Shown here in pieces: positions 54,365 to 64,000 of a DNA stretch of 64,000 nt. Source of the stretch: Spirochaetia bacterium. GTDB lineage: Bacteria > Spirochaetota > Spirochaetia > SZUA-6 > Bin103. The notes beneath the pieces were generated by a model. The model had not been told where the DNA came from and ran no database searches. It was given only the letters and a program-made list of their open reading frames with translations. Made by a program: the position numbers and the translations under genes. The stretch's first letter is position 1; every line of letters begins with the position of its first letter. The stretch is from NCBI GenBank assembly GCA_965208575.1, contig CBDBOV010000005.1:416001-480000 (forward strand). The letters are read 5' to 3'.

Positions 54365-56063
54365 ATCGGCGGTGGAGGGCGATTCCCCAGGGATCGACGA
54401 GACCGCTGCTCACTACGTCCTCGACTTCGGTGCCGTCCAGGTTGGCGCGCCCGATCTTGTCGGTGCCCCAGTCGGTCCAGTACAGCTTGCCCGCTTCGGC
54501 GTCCAGCGCCAGGCTCTGCGGATTGGCGAGGCCGGACGTGACCAGGTCGCGGACGTCCGTGCCGTCCAGGTTGGCGCGCCCGATCTTGTCGGTGCGCCGG
54601 TCGGTCCAGTAGATCCGGCCGCCGCCGACGGCGATACCCTGCGGATTCACCAGGCCGTCGGCCGCGGTCACCAGCACCCGGATGTCGCTGCCGTCCAGGT
54701 TGGCGGACTGGATCGTGGCCGTGCCCTGGTCGGTCCAGTAGAGCCGCTGCGCGCCGGCATCCACGGCGATACCCTGCGGACTGACCAGGCCGTCCGCCTC
54801 GGTCAGCAGGTCTTCCACGCCGGTGCCGTCGAGGTTGGCACGCTGGATCCTGGCGTCCTGCCTGGTGTCCCCGCGGTTGGGGGCGGTCCAGTAGATCCTG
54901 CCGCCGGCCACGTCGAGCGCGATCGCCAGGGCGCCGCGCATGCCGTGCAGGACAAGCACCTCGCCGCCGGAGCCGTCCAGGTTGAAGCGCCGGATCTCGT
55001 TCGGCTTCGCTTCGTTCGGGTACGCGTCGACCGCGTAGATTGCGCCGCCGCTGCCGTCCACGGCGATGCCGCGCGGATCCAGAATCCCCATCGCCACCAG
55101 CAGTTCCACCCCGCTGCCGTCCAGGTTGGCGCGCTGAATCCCCTTCAGCAGGTCGGTCCAGTACATCTTCCCGGCGGCGGTGTCCAACGCGACTTCGTAG
55201 GGAGCGCCCGCGTCGCCGGCGACATCCTCGATGCCGGTGCCATCCAGGTTGGCGCGCTGGATTCTGCCGAGCGTGAGCTCGGTCCAGTACATCTTGCCGG
55301 CGCCGACGTCCAGCGCCAGGCCGTCGCGGCGGGAGGAGGTCAGTCCCGAAGTCGCCGGCGTCACCAAGTCCTCGACCTCGCTGCCGTCCAGGTTGGCGCG
55401 CTGGATCTTGTCCGTCGCGCGGTCGGTCCAGTACATCTTTCCGGCGGCCACGTCGAGCGCCAGGCCGCGCGGGCTCTGCAGGCCGGCAATCACCAGGTCT
55501 TCCACGTGCGAGCCGTCCAGGTCGGCGCGCTGAATCTTCTCGGTGCCGGCATCGGTCCAGTACACCTTGCCGCCGGCCACGTCCAAAGCGATCCCGTAGG
55601 GGTTGTCCAGGGTAGTGATGACCAGGTCTTCGACCGCCGAGCCGTCCAGGTCGGCGCGCCGGATCGTGTTCGCTCCGTAGTCGGTCCAGTAGATCTTGCC
55701 GCCGGCGGCATCCACGGCGATGCCGTTCGGGCGGGCGGTGCGCACCAGGGTCTCGACGCCGGAGCCGTCCAGGTTGGCGCGCTGAATGCCCACCTCCCAG
55801 TCGGTCCAGTAGATCTTGCCGCCGGCGACGGCCACCGCGATCCCGTACGGTTCGATCAAGCCCTGTGGCAGGAGGTCCTCGACGTGGGAACCGTCCAGGC
55901 GCGCGCGCTGGATCGTATTGGTGCCGGCGTCGGTCCAGTAGATGTGCGCATCTGCCGGCGCGGGCGGCGCGGGTACGGAGGTCATTCCGCCGCAGCCGGC
56001 CAGCAGGCCCAGCACGGGAACGATGAGCAACACTCCACGGTGATGCCCGGACAACTTGTTCAT
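54363..56063 (-). CDS. Lipoprotein with 12 LDL-receptor class B (YWTD) repeats
   Basis: Lipobox LLAGC; 12 repeats of P.GIA.D...GKIYWTD....I.RANLDGS. Confidence 0.93.
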   Translation of the reverse strand: MNKLSGHHRGVLLIVPVLGLLAGCGGMTSVPAPPAPADAHIYWTDAGTNTIQRARLDGSHVEDLLPQGLIEPYGIAVAVAGGKIYWTDWEVGIQRANLDGSGVETLVRTARPNGIAVDAAGGKIYWTDYGANTIRRADLDGSAVEDLVITTLDNPYGIALDVAGGKVYWTDAGTEKIQRADLDGSHVEDLVIAGLQSPRGLALDVAAGKMYWTDRATDKIQRANLDGSEVEDLVTPATSGLTSSRRDGLALDVGAGKMYWTELTLGRIQRANLDGTGIEDVAGDAGAPYEVALDTAAGKMYWTDLLKGIQRANLDGSGVELLVAMGILDPRGIAVDGSGGAIYAVDAYPNEAKPNEIRRFNLDGSGGEVLVLHGMRGALAIALDVAGGRIYWTAPNRGDTRQDARIQRANLDGTGVEDLLTEADGLVSPQGIAVDAGAQRLYWTDQGTATIQSANLDGSDIRVLVTAADGLVNPQGIAVGGGRIYWTDRRTDKIGRANLDGTDVRDLVTSGLANPQSLALDAEAGKLYWTDWGTDKIGRANLDGTEVEDVVSSGLVDPWGIALHRR

Positions 56064-56081
56064 AAATGAAGCATCGGCACG

Positions 56082-56110
56082 AGCAGTCCGTGGCGAAACA
56101 CCGGCTGCAT
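56082..56110 (-). repeat. 29-bp hairpin-type repeat, copy 2
   Basis: Reverse complement ATGCAGCCGGTGTTTCGCCACGGACTGCT; 27/29 identical to copy 1. Confidence 0.88.
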
Positions 56111-56147
56111 TCGAGCGGAGATACGCCGGCGGAGGATCAGTTCACGT

Positions 56148-56717
56148 TCAGGCCAGCCAGGTGGTGAGCTCGGCGGCCGGCTTGCGCTTCGAGACCGGTA
56201 CCCGTTCGGCAAATCCTGCGTACAGCAGGCCGACCACCCGTTCACGCTCGGGATCGACGCCCAGGACCGTCAGCGCCTCGGCATCCTCGGTCAACGCGCT
56301 GGTGCTCCACTGCATGCCGATGCCGTCCTCCCACGCCGCCAGCATGATGTTCTGGATGGCGCAGCAGGTGGCGGCGTAGTCCTCGCGATCGAGAAAGGCA
56401 TCGCCCGACACGGCGCAGGTCACCGCCATCACCGACGGCTTGCTCATCAGCTTCTTGATCGTCTTTCTGCCAATCTCGCGTAGCGCCTCCGGCTCGATGT
56501 CGACCTTGACGTCCGCCTGCTTGATGCGCGCATAGATCCGGCACAGCCGCTCCTTGGCCTCCGGTCCCACCACGATGAAGCGCCACGGCTCGGTGAGCTT
56601 GTGGTTGGGCGCCCACACCGCCGCCTGCAGCGCCCGCTCGAGCCGCTCGCGCGGCACGGCCGTGGGCTGAAAATCGAAAATCGAACGCCGTTCGGCGATG
56701 GTTTGGAGTACCGACAT
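56148..56717 (-). CDS. Nitroreductase family protein (YdjA-like)
   Basis: RRSI..F, WAPNH..TEPWRF and AIQNIMLAA..GIG..W. Confidence 0.92.
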   Translation of the reverse strand: MSVLQTIAERRSIFDFQPTAVPRERLERALQAAVWAPNHKLTEPWRFIVVGPEAKERLCRIYARIKQADVKVDIEPEALREIGRKTIKKLMSKPSVMAVTCAVSGDAFLDREDYAATCCAIQNIMLAAWEDGIGMQWSTSALTEDAEALTVLGVDPERERVVGLLYAGFAERVPVSKRKPAAELTTWLA

Positions 56718-56792
56718 CAGAGCTGCAATGCTATCGTCGCCGGTGAAATCCCGTCAACACACCAAAGAGAAGAGGATGGAGAGGATCCCGAC

Positions 56793-58235
56793 ATGTACGA
56801 CGAGTTGCACCGCCCGCAGTTCCACTTCAGTCCGCGCCATTCGTGGATGAACGACCCCAACGGGCTGGTCTGGTACCGCGGCGAGTACCACCTGTTCTTT
56901 CAGCACACGCCCGGTTTCATGAACCACGGCGCCAACTCCTGGGGCCACGCGGTGAGCACCGACCTGGTGCACTGGCGGGAACTGGACACCGCCATCGCAC
57001 CGGACGAGTACGGCTACATCTGGTCCGGCTCCGCGGTGATCGACCCCGACGACAGCGCCGGGTTCGCGGCCGACGGCGAGCAGGCCCTGGTAGCGGTGTA
57101 TACCACCGGCGGTTTCGGCGCACCGCGGCCCAACCAGCCGGGCGCCAACCGGTGCGTGCAGGCGATCGCCTACAGCACCGACCGCGGGCGCACCTTCCGG
57201 CGCTACGCCGGCAACCCGGTGCTCGGCCATCTGCGCGCCGAAAACCGCGACCCCAAGGTGATCCGGCACGCGGCCACCGGGCAGTGGATCATGGCGCTGT
57301 TCCTGGACGGCAACGACTTCACCCTGTACGGCTCGCCCGACCTGAAGGAGTGGCGCCACCTGTGCGACCTGGAGGTGGCCGACACCGGCGAGTGCCCGGA
57401 CCTGTTCGAGCTGCCGGTGGACGGCAACCCGGCCGACACCCGCTGGGTGTTCTGGGGCGCGGCGGGCGTGTATCGGCTGGGCAACTTCGATGGCGTCACC
57501 TTCACGCCCGACACGGCGGCGCTGCGCTGCGAGCTGGGTTCCAACGGCTACGCCGCGCAGACCTGGAGCGACGTGCCGGCGGAGGATGGCCGCCGGATCC
57601 AGATATCGTGGCTGCGCGGCGGGCACTTCCCGGCCATGCCGTTCAACGGCCAGATGTCGTTCCCGGTCGAACTGACCCTGCGCTCCACGCCGGAGGGCGT
57701 GCGCCTGTGCCGGCAGCCGGTGCGGGAGCTGGAACTGCTGCACCGGCGCACGCTGCGCTGGCAGGACCACCGCCTCAGCCCCGGCCTCGACCGCCACGAC
57801 CTGTACCACGTGCATGGCCCCGGCTGGCAGAGGCGCCTCGCCACCGACTACCGCAACCTGGCGCCCGAGACCACCTGGGATCTGTTCCACGTCGAGGCGG
57901 TGGTCGACCCCGGCGATGCCGCCGCGTTCGGGATCATCATCCAGGGCCACGACCTGCGCTACGACGTTGCCGGCGCCCGCTTCACCTGGCAAGACCACAC
58001 GATCCCGGCCCCGCGCGACGACGACGGAAGCCTGCGGCTGCAACTCCTGGTGGACCGCACCTCGCTGGAGCTGTTCGCCGCCGGCGGCCTCGCATCGGCG
58101 TCGTTCTGCTTCCTGCCGGCCGCCTGCGACATGCCGCTGGAACTGTACGCCGAGGGTGGCAGCGTTCGCCTGGTCTCGCTGGCGGTCCACGAACTGGCCT
58201 CCGCCTGGCCGGCTGCGACCGGGAACGGCGATTGA
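56793..58235 (+). CDS. GH32 glycoside hydrolase (levanase/beta-fructosidase-like)
   Basis: WMNDPNG, WGHAVS.DL..W, RDPKV and ECPD. Confidence 0.95.
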   Translation: MYDELHRPQFHFSPRHSWMNDPNGLVWYRGEYHLFFQHTPGFMNHGANSWGHAVSTDLVHWRELDTAIAPDEYGYIWSGSAVIDPDDSAGFAADGEQALVAVYTTGGFGAPRPNQPGANRCVQAIAYSTDRGRTFRRYAGNPVLGHLRAENRDPKVIRHAATGQWIMALFLDGNDFTLYGSPDLKEWRHLCDLEVADTGECPDLFELPVDGNPADTRWVFWGAAGVYRLGNFDGVTFTPDTAALRCELGSNGYAAQTWSDVPAEDGRRIQISWLRGGHFPAMPFNGQMSFPVELTLRSTPEGVRLCRQPVRELELLHRRTLRWQDHRLSPGLDRHDLYHVHGPGWQRRLATDYRNLAPETTWDLFHVEAVVDPGDAAAFGIIIQGHDLRYDVAGARFTWQDHTIPAPRDDDGSLRLQLLVDRTSLELFAAGGLASASFCFLPAACDMPLELYAEGGSVRLVSLAVHELASAWPAATGNGD

Positions 58236-59299
58236 ACGCGCCGAGCCAACCGCTTGCCGGCCAGGTTGCCGTGGTCGCCGGCGCCACGCGCGGCGCCGGC
58301 CGCGGCATTGCCCGCATGCTGGGGGCGGCGGGGGCAACCGTCTACTGCACGGGCCGCAGCGTGACCGGGCACCCCGCCACCGCCGGGCGTACCGAGACGA
58401 TCGACGAGACGGCGGCGCTGGTCACGGCGGAGGGCGGTCGCGGCATCGCGGTCCGGACCGACCACTCCGTGGAGCCGGAGGTCGAACGCCTGTTCGGACG
58501 GGTGCGCGCCGAGCAGGGCCGGCTCGACGTGCTGGTCAACGACATCTGGGGCGGCGACGAACTGACCGAGTGGGGATTGCCGTTCTGGGAGCTGTCCACG
58601 GTCAAGGGGCTGGAGATGCTGGAGCGCGCCGTGCACAGCCACATCATCACCAGCCGACACGGAGCGCCGCTGATGATCGAGCGCAACGCCGGCCTCATCG
58701 TGGAGGTGACCGACGGCGACACGCTCGGCTACCGCGGCAACCTGTTCTACGACCTGGCCAAGACCGCGGTCATCCGGCTCGCCTACGCCATGGCGGCGGA
58801 CCTGCACGCGCACCGCGTAACGGCGCTGGCGATCACGCCCGGGTTTCTGCGCTCCGAGGCGGTGCTCGACCGGTTCTGCGTCACCGAGGCGAACTGGCGG
58901 GACGGCATCCCCGCCGACCCCTATTTCGCCGAGTCGGAGACGCCCTGCTACGTCGGCCGCGCCGTGGCGGCGCTCGCCGCCGACCCGCAGGTTGCGAACA
59001 GGAGCGGCGGCCTGTTGTCGAGCTGGGCGCTCGCCAAGGAGTACGGCTTCACCGACCTGGACGGGCGCCGGCCCGACTGGGGCGCGTTCTTCGCGCGCCA
59101 GGTGCAGGCGATCGTCAGCCGTGGCGAGCCACCGGACGAGATGGACCTGTTCGTAGTCCGCTCCCGGCTCGGGCAGGCCGAACTCGACCCGTCCGCCGCC
59201 CAGGAAGCCGCCCACCTCCGCGCCTGGCTCGAATCGTCATCAGAGAAGGGTTTGCGCAACGAGCGCGCCTGCTCGGCGTGTTCCCGCTCGGCGACGTAG
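58232..59299 (+). CDS. SDR-family oxidoreductase
   Basis: VAGATRGAGRG, LVND and YDLAK. TTG start overlaps the GH32 stop. Confidence 0.9.
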   Translation: MNAPSQPLAGQVAVVAGATRGAGRGIARMLGAAGATVYCTGRSVTGHPATAGRTETIDETAALVTAEGGRGIAVRTDHSVEPEVERLFGRVRAEQGRLDVLVNDIWGGDELTEWGLPFWELSTVKGLEMLERAVHSHIITSRHGAPLMIERNAGLIVEVTDGDTLGYRGNLFYDLAKTAVIRLAYAMAADLHAHRVTALAITPGFLRSEAVLDRFCVTEANWRDGIPADPYFAESETPCYVGRAVAALAADPQVANRSGGLLSSWALAKEYGFTDLDGRRPDWGAFFARQVQAIVSRGEPPDEMDLFVVRSRLGQAELDPSAAQEAAHLRAWLESSSEKGLRNERACSACSRSAT

Positions 59300-59354
59300 C
59301 GGACGGCTGCAGACGAGCCCTTTGCGACAGAACCGCCCTGCTGCGCACCACAGG

Positions 59355-59395
59355 TGGACAAAAAGATCCCCTTCAGGTATTCAATAGGTACCTAT
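59355..59395 (+). promoter_or_regulatory. TA promoter with a palindromic operator
   Basis: TGGACA-17-TATTCA, then the perfect palindrome ATAGGTACCTAT (59384-59395) over the start codon. Confidence 0.5.
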
Positions 59396-59666
59396 GGTCA
59401 GATTTGCCACGGTCAAGGAGTTGCGGCAGGACACGCCCCGGCTGCTTGCCGAGATCGGTACGGGGGAGCGGTTCGTCATTACCAGGCGCGGTAAGCCGGT
59501 GGCGGTCCTTGCCCCGTTCGCGCCGCGCGATGAGCCGCACCAGCCGGCCAGGCCGTTCGCCGAGGCGTGGGAGGAGATCGAGTCTGTCCTCCTCGACAGC
59601 GAACCCGCCTTTGCCACGGTGGAGGAGGCGCTCGGCCACTCCCGGCAGCGGCCGGCTGCGAGCTAG
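59394..59666 (+). CDS. Phd/YefM-family antitoxin
   Basis: TVKELR....LL.....GE..VITRRGKPVAVL.P. Confidence 0.9.
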   Translation: MVRFATVKELRQDTPRLLAEIGTGERFVITRRGKPVAVLAPFAPRDEPHQPARPFAEAWEEIESVLLDSEPAFATVEEALGHSRQRPAAS

Positions 59667-59670
59667 CGAC

Positions 59671-60108
59671 ATGATACTGGTCGATTCGGACGTGTTCCTG
59701 ATCGACCTGCGCTACCCGCGGGATCGGCGCTTCGGAGACAACCGGGCCTTCCTGGATCGGCTGGCGATCTCCGGGCAGGGCGCTACGACGATCTACAACC
59801 TGCTCGAGGTGTGCGGAGTCCTGTCGTTCAATCTCAACCGGCAGCAACTCCGGGAGCTGTATGCGCACTTTGCTCGACGCTTTCATATACGCGTAGTGCC
59901 GAACGCGGAACCGCGGCAGCGCCTGCCTGCGTTTCGGGTCGGCGACCTCCTGTCGATTGTTGAACGCAGGGTCTCGTTCGGGGATGCGCTGGTATTCGCA
60001 CTGCTGGAAGCCCAAAGAGCGGAAGATACGACCTTCGTAACCTGGAATGCCCGCCACTTTCGGGGCCGCACCGAGGTCGACGTACGGGAACCTCCCGCGG
60101 CGCTGTGA
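59671..60108 (+). CDS. PIN-domain toxin
   Basis: ILVDSDV, E, DALV and FVTWN.RHF; directly after the antitoxin. Confidence 0.85.
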   Translation: MILVDSDVFLIDLRYPRDRRFGDNRAFLDRLAISGQGATTIYNLLEVCGVLSFNLNRQQLRELYAHFARRFHIRVVPNAEPRQRLPAFRVGDLLSIVERRVSFGDALVFALLEAQRAEDTTFVTWNARHFRGRTEVDVREPPAAL

Positions 60109-60130
60109 CAGCGAAGGTGTGTCGCTCGCA

Positions 60131-61060
60131 TCACCCCAGCTTGCGGCGGGGGGCGGAGAAGCGGCCGGCGCCGCCGCGCAGGCGGGGGTCGAGCAGGTCA
60201 CGCACCGCGTCGCCGAACATGTTGAAGCCGTACACCACGACGGTCAGGAAGATGCCCGGCCACATCGCCAGCCACGGCGCCACCTGCATGTAGCGGCGCC
60301 CCTCGCGGCTCAGCAGGCCGCCCCAGCTCGGCACGCTCAGCGGCAGCCCGAAGCCCAGGAAGCTCAAGCTGGCCTCGGTGATGATCACCGAGCCGATGGT
60401 GATGCTGAAGATGATGATGATCGGCGGCATCACGTTGGGCAGCACGTGGCGCAGCACCGTGTGCCAGGTCCGGCTGCCGACCGCCTGCGCGGCCTGGAAG
60501 TAGGCGTTCTCCTTGACGGCGATCACCGCGCCCCGGACCACGCGCGAGCTGCCGATCCCGAACACCAGCCCCAGTATCACGATCACCTGCAGCGTTCCGG
60601 TGCCCAGGATCGACATCACCGTCATCAGCAGCAGCAGTCCCGGGAACGCCAGCCAGGCATCGACGATCCGCTGCAGCAGCAGGTCGAGCCGGCCGCCGAC
60701 GAACCCCGACAGGCCGCCGACCACGGTGGCCACCAGCACCGCCACCGCGGTCGCCGCGAAGCCGACCAGCAGCGACAGGCGCGCACCGTAGATGTTGCGG
60801 CTCAGGAAGTCGCGCCCGGTGTGATCGGTGCCCAGCAGATGCTCGGCGGAGGGGGGCCGCATGCTCTTCGTCACGTCCTGGCGCTGCTCGGGGTCGGGCG
60901 CCAGCACGTCGGCGAATACGCTTACCAGGACGAACACCGCGACGATCGCCGCGCCGAGCAGCCCCAGCGGCTTCTCCCGCACCAGGCGGTAGGAGAAGTC
61001 CGCAAGCGGGCCGCGCCGGGGTCGCCGTTCTGCGCCCACGGGATCGGCGACATTGCTCAT
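60131..61060 (-). CDS. Peptide/nickel ABC transporter permease (DppC-like)
   Basis: LGTD..GRD..SR..YGAR.SL and EASLSFLG.G. Confidence 0.95.
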   Translation of the reverse strand: MSNVADPVGAERRPRRGPLADFSYRLVREKPLGLLGAAIVAVFVLVSVFADVLAPDPEQRQDVTKSMRPPSAEHLLGTDHTGRDFLSRNIYGARLSLLVGFAATAVAVLVATVVGGLSGFVGGRLDLLLQRIVDAWLAFPGLLLLMTVMSILGTGTLQVIVILGLVFGIGSSRVVRGAVIAVKENAYFQAAQAVGSRTWHTVLRHVLPNVMPPIIIIFSITIGSVIITEASLSFLGFGLPLSVPSWGGLLSREGRRYMQVAPWLAMWPGIFLTVVVYGFNMFGDAVRDLLDPRLRGGAGRFSAPRRKLG

Positions 61061-62019
61061 TGGTACCGGATCCTCGGGTCGAGGGTGGCGTACAGCAGGT
61101 CGATCAGCAGGTTGTTGAACAGGATGAAGGTGGCGAAGAACAGGTTGATGCCCGACACCATCGGGTAGTCACGGTTGGACAGCGCCTGGATGAGCTGCGA
61201 CCCCAGGCCGGGCAGGTTGAACAGCGTCTCGATGATCACCGAGCCGCCCACCAGGATCGGCAACTGCAGCCCGATGAGGGTTACCACCGGGATCAGCGCG
61301 TTCTTCAGCGCGTGGCGGATCACGACCAGCCGTTCGCGCAGGCCCTTGGCCCAGGCGGTGCGCACGTAGTCCTGGCGCAGCACCTCCAGCATCATGGTGC
61401 GCGTCATCCGCATGGTGGCGGCCGACAGGAAGGTGCCGAGGATGAGGCCCGGAATGAGGAACATGCCGATGTGGGCCAGCGGATCCTCGCTGAACGGATA
61501 CAGCCGCAGCGGCGGCGCCCAGCCCCACCAGTTGCCGGGAAAGATCAGCACCATCAGGCCGAGCCAGAAGTTGGGGGTGGCCAGCCCGAAGATGGCGACG
61601 CTGCGCCCGGCGAAGTCGCCGGCGCTGTCCTGGCGTACCGCCGAGTAGATGCCGACCGGCAGCGCGATCACCAGGCCGATGAGCAGCGCCGCCGCCCCCA
61701 GCTCCAGGGTGACCGGCACCCGGGACAGGATCTTCCCCTCCACGGGTGCGTTGCCGAGTTGCAGGGACTGGCCGAGCGTACCGCGCAACAGGATCCCGGA
61801 CACCCAGCGCACGTACGCCACGTGGGCGGGAACGTCCAGCCCCATCATCGCGCGCAGGCGTTCCTTCTCCTCTTCGCTGCTGACCCCGAACTGCGTCTCG
61901 GCCGTCAGGATGTCGACCAGGTCGCCGGGCAGCAGGCGCACGGAAAAGAACACCAGCATGCTCAGGATGAGCAGCGTGGGAATGAACAGCAGCAGGCGCC
62001 GGATGACGTAGGTGCGCAT
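61057..62019 (-). CDS. Peptide/nickel ABC transporter permease (DppB-like)
   Basis: YVRTAWAKGL, HALKNA and RDYP. Confidence 0.95.
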   Translation of the reverse strand: MRTYVIRRLLLFIPTLLILSMLVFFSVRLLPGDLVDILTAETQFGVSSEEEKERLRAMMGLDVPAHVAYVRWVSGILLRGTLGQSLQLGNAPVEGKILSRVPVTLELGAAALLIGLVIALPVGIYSAVRQDSAGDFAGRSVAIFGLATPNFWLGLMVLIFPGNWWGWAPPLRLYPFSEDPLAHIGMFLIPGLILGTFLSAATMRMTRTMMLEVLRQDYVRTAWAKGLRERLVVIRHALKNALIPVVTLIGLQLPILVGGSVIIETLFNLPGLGSQLIQALSNRDYPMVSGINLFFATFILFNNLLIDLLYATLDPRIRYQ

Positions 62020-62029
62020 CGCGAAAAGA

Positions 62030-62062
62030 GTGTCCGGGGCCGCACATGCCGACCCCGGACGC
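62030..62062. terminator. Intergenic hairpin between the binding-protein and permease genes
   Basis: GTCCGGGG...CCCCGGAC inverted repeat, with a U-tract on the minus strand. Confidence 0.45.
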
Positions 62063-62079
62063 GAAACTCGGGAGACCGC

Positions 62080-63864
62080 TTAGTTCATCTCGTCCTTGAG
62101 CTCACTATCCACCCACAGGCGCGCATAGATCTCGGTCCAGCCGCAGTTGCCCATCTGCATCTCGCCGTTGTAGCCGACCAGCCACGGCTGGGAAACGGTA
62201 AAGCTTGGCACCAGCGGTCCCCACAGGTAGGGGTGCTGCTCGACCACGTACAGGTCGAGCGCCTTCGCCATCTGGCGGTACTCGTCACCGGTGGTAGCCT
62301 GCAACTCGTTCCACTTGGCGTCGAACACCGGGTCGTTGAACGCGCCGCCGGTGAAGCTGGCGCCGGCGCGAAAGCCGCCGAGACTGCCGTCGAGGTTGCC
62401 GTAGTCGGCGCCGACGCTGACGTGCCAGACCAGACCGTCCCACTCTCCGGAACTGATCTGGCCGATGAACGATGCGTTGTCGGGCGCGCGGAGTTCCACC
62501 TCCACGCCGATCTCCTTCCAGTAGCCGACCTGCAACTCGTGGTAGCCGATGTCGGAGCGGTCGCCGTTGACCGACACCGTGGTGCGGAAGCGGACGCCGT
62601 CGGCGCCGCGTGGGTATCCGGCCTCGTCGAGCAGCCGTTCGGCACCTTCCGGGTCGTAGACCCAGTACTGCTGGAGTTCCTCCGGCCAGGTATCGAACGG
62701 GTTGTGGTAGCCGATCCATGCCGGCCCGATCGGCCCCCATGGCTGCGGCTTGGCCAGGCCGCGGTAGTAGTTGTCGTTGATCGCCTCGATGTCGATCGCC
62801 ATCTGCATCGCGCGCCGCACCATGACGTCGCTCAGGGGGCCTTGTTCCACCGCCTTGAACGCCAACGACGTCTCGGACCGGAACGAGATCGGCCAGTAGT
62901 GCATCTCCGGGTTGCGTTCCCGCAGATCCGCCACCGTGCTGATCGATCTGATGGCGGACGTCCCGAGGTCGCCGGAGATGTCGATCTGGCCGGAGCGCAG
63001 GGCCGCGACCCTGGTCGCCTCGTCACTCATCATCAGGAACACCAGCCGGTCGACGTAGGGGAGGCGGTTGCCGGGGAACTTCTCGTCGTCGCGCCAGTAG
63101 TTGGGGTTCTTGTCGAACGTGATCGACGTGGCGCTGACGAACTCGTCCATGATGAACGGCCCGGTGCCAATGACGTTGTTGGCGTCGTGCAGTGAGTCGA
63201 AGATCTCCGGCGGATAGGCCCGGATGTGGCAGTCGTCGAACAAACTCCGGGCCGTGTCGGCGTACGGCTGCGACAGCTTGATCTCGAGCGTCAGGTCGTC
63301 GATGGCGGTTACCGACTCCATCGGGATGCGCTTGGTTCCCCACGTATGCGCCGCGGGCTCCTGGCCGGCGAACCTGCCGATGCCGAGCAAGCGCTCGTAA
63401 TTGGCGGCCAAGTCGTCGGCGGTCAGTTGGCGGCCGTTCACCGGCGGCTTGTCGTGAAAGAACACGTTGTCGTGGATCGTGTAGCGGTAGGTCAGCGGAT
63501 CCGGGTTCTCCCAGCTCTCGGCCAGCAGCCCGGTTACCACGTTCTCGGGGTAATAGGTAGTGAACGGGCTCAGACTGCGGTCGATGGCCCAGTTCGCCTG
63601 GCCGAGCTTGTCCATCGCCGGCCCGGAGATGAGCCCGGCGCCGTGGGTGATCCAGGTGTCGCCGTGGTCGTACGGCCGGGTCAGCAGCGCCCCGGTAATG
63701 GTACCGCCATACTCCGGCTTGACCACCTGCTTGCCGGTGGACGGATCGGTCACGTACTCCTTGTCGGCGCTCGCCGCGCCGGCGTCGCTCTCGCCGCTCG
63801 CGAAAGTAACGGTAGCCACCAGCGCCAACGCCAGTGCCATGAACCAGGTGAATCGAATAGCCAT
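62080..63864 (-). CDS. ABC transporter substrate-binding protein (family 5)
   Basis: Signal peptide, PEYGG, LAESWE, GTGPF, NPNYW and LLDEAGY. Confidence 0.95.
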   Translation of the reverse strand: MAIRFTWFMALALALVATVTFASGESDAGAASADKEYVTDPSTGKQVVKPEYGGTITGALLTRPYDHGDTWITHGAGLISGPAMDKLGQANWAIDRSLSPFTTYYPENVVTGLLAESWENPDPLTYRYTIHDNVFFHDKPPVNGRQLTADDLAANYERLLGIGRFAGQEPAAHTWGTKRIPMESVTAIDDLTLEIKLSQPYADTARSLFDDCHIRAYPPEIFDSLHDANNVIGTGPFIMDEFVSATSITFDKNPNYWRDDEKFPGNRLPYVDRLVFLMMSDEATRVAALRSGQIDISGDLGTSAIRSISTVADLRERNPEMHYWPISFRSETSLAFKAVEQGPLSDVMVRRAMQMAIDIEAINDNYYRGLAKPQPWGPIGPAWIGYHNPFDTWPEELQQYWVYDPEGAERLLDEAGYPRGADGVRFRTTVSVNGDRSDIGYHELQVGYWKEIGVEVELRAPDNASFIGQISSGEWDGLVWHVSVGADYGNLDGSLGGFRAGASFTGGAFNDPVFDAKWNELQATTGDEYRQMAKALDLYVVEQHPYLWGPLVPSFTVSQPWLVGYNGEMQMGNCGWTEIYARLWVDSELKDEMN

Positions 63865-64000
63865 AAATGAGTGCCCCTCCTCGGGTCGGGCTGGCGGATC
63901 CTCGGGCCCGCCGAATCGTCATCGTGTCACACCCGCAGCCACCCGTCAAGGAAGCGTTCAGGCCGTTACTCGGCAGGTGGCGGCAGCAGTTCGTCCGAAT

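Noticed and set aside
54363-56063. Internal DNA repeats as a diversity-generating retroelement template/variable pair
   Set aside because: They are ordinary YWTD protein repeats, and no reverse transcriptase is present.
59314-59335. GAGCCCTTTGCGACAGAA resembling an IS end before the Phd-PIN pair
   Set aside because: No matching second end or transposase was found.

Overview
GC-rich bacterial chromosomal window, mostly housekeeping and metabolic genes (DEAD-box helicase, folD, ilvBN, leuS, polA, aroC, a peptide ABC transporter) mixed with accessory DNA. Accessory features: a partial Ig-like surface protein gene followed by a structured non-coding region with a 41-aa membrane peptide; an IS1634 element; an IS110 element inserted cleanly into a membrane-anchored LytTR regulator; three PIN-type toxin-antitoxin pairs plus a HEPN-motif ORF; a lexA-imuA-imuB-dnaE2 SOS mutagenesis cassette; and a eukaryote-like 12-repeat YWTD lipoprotein gene bracketed by 29-bp inverted repeats. 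The strongest signals are: (1) the IS110 left non-coding end carries two loops whose 7-mers match the reconstructed target and donor junctions, so it reads as a bridge RNA; (2) a candidate new LexA box, ACAGAC-N4-GTCTGT, in tandem over the lexA promoter; (3) an ~82-bp inverted copy of the lexA/imuA junction 9.4 kb away; (4) a family of hairpins sharing loop sequence at 1.76-2.38 kb; (5) a 14-bp palindromic motif repeated three times around the LytTR locus. Protein style (FASGE-type binding-protein N-terminus, EERLAYYREKYG helicase tail) suggests a Spirochaetota organism, and the YWTD, PhyH, TauD and Ig-like content suggests a host-associated, possibly sponge, symbiont; both are inferences. No tRNA, rRNA or CRISPR array was seen. 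All calls come from motif reading by eye, with no database searches.
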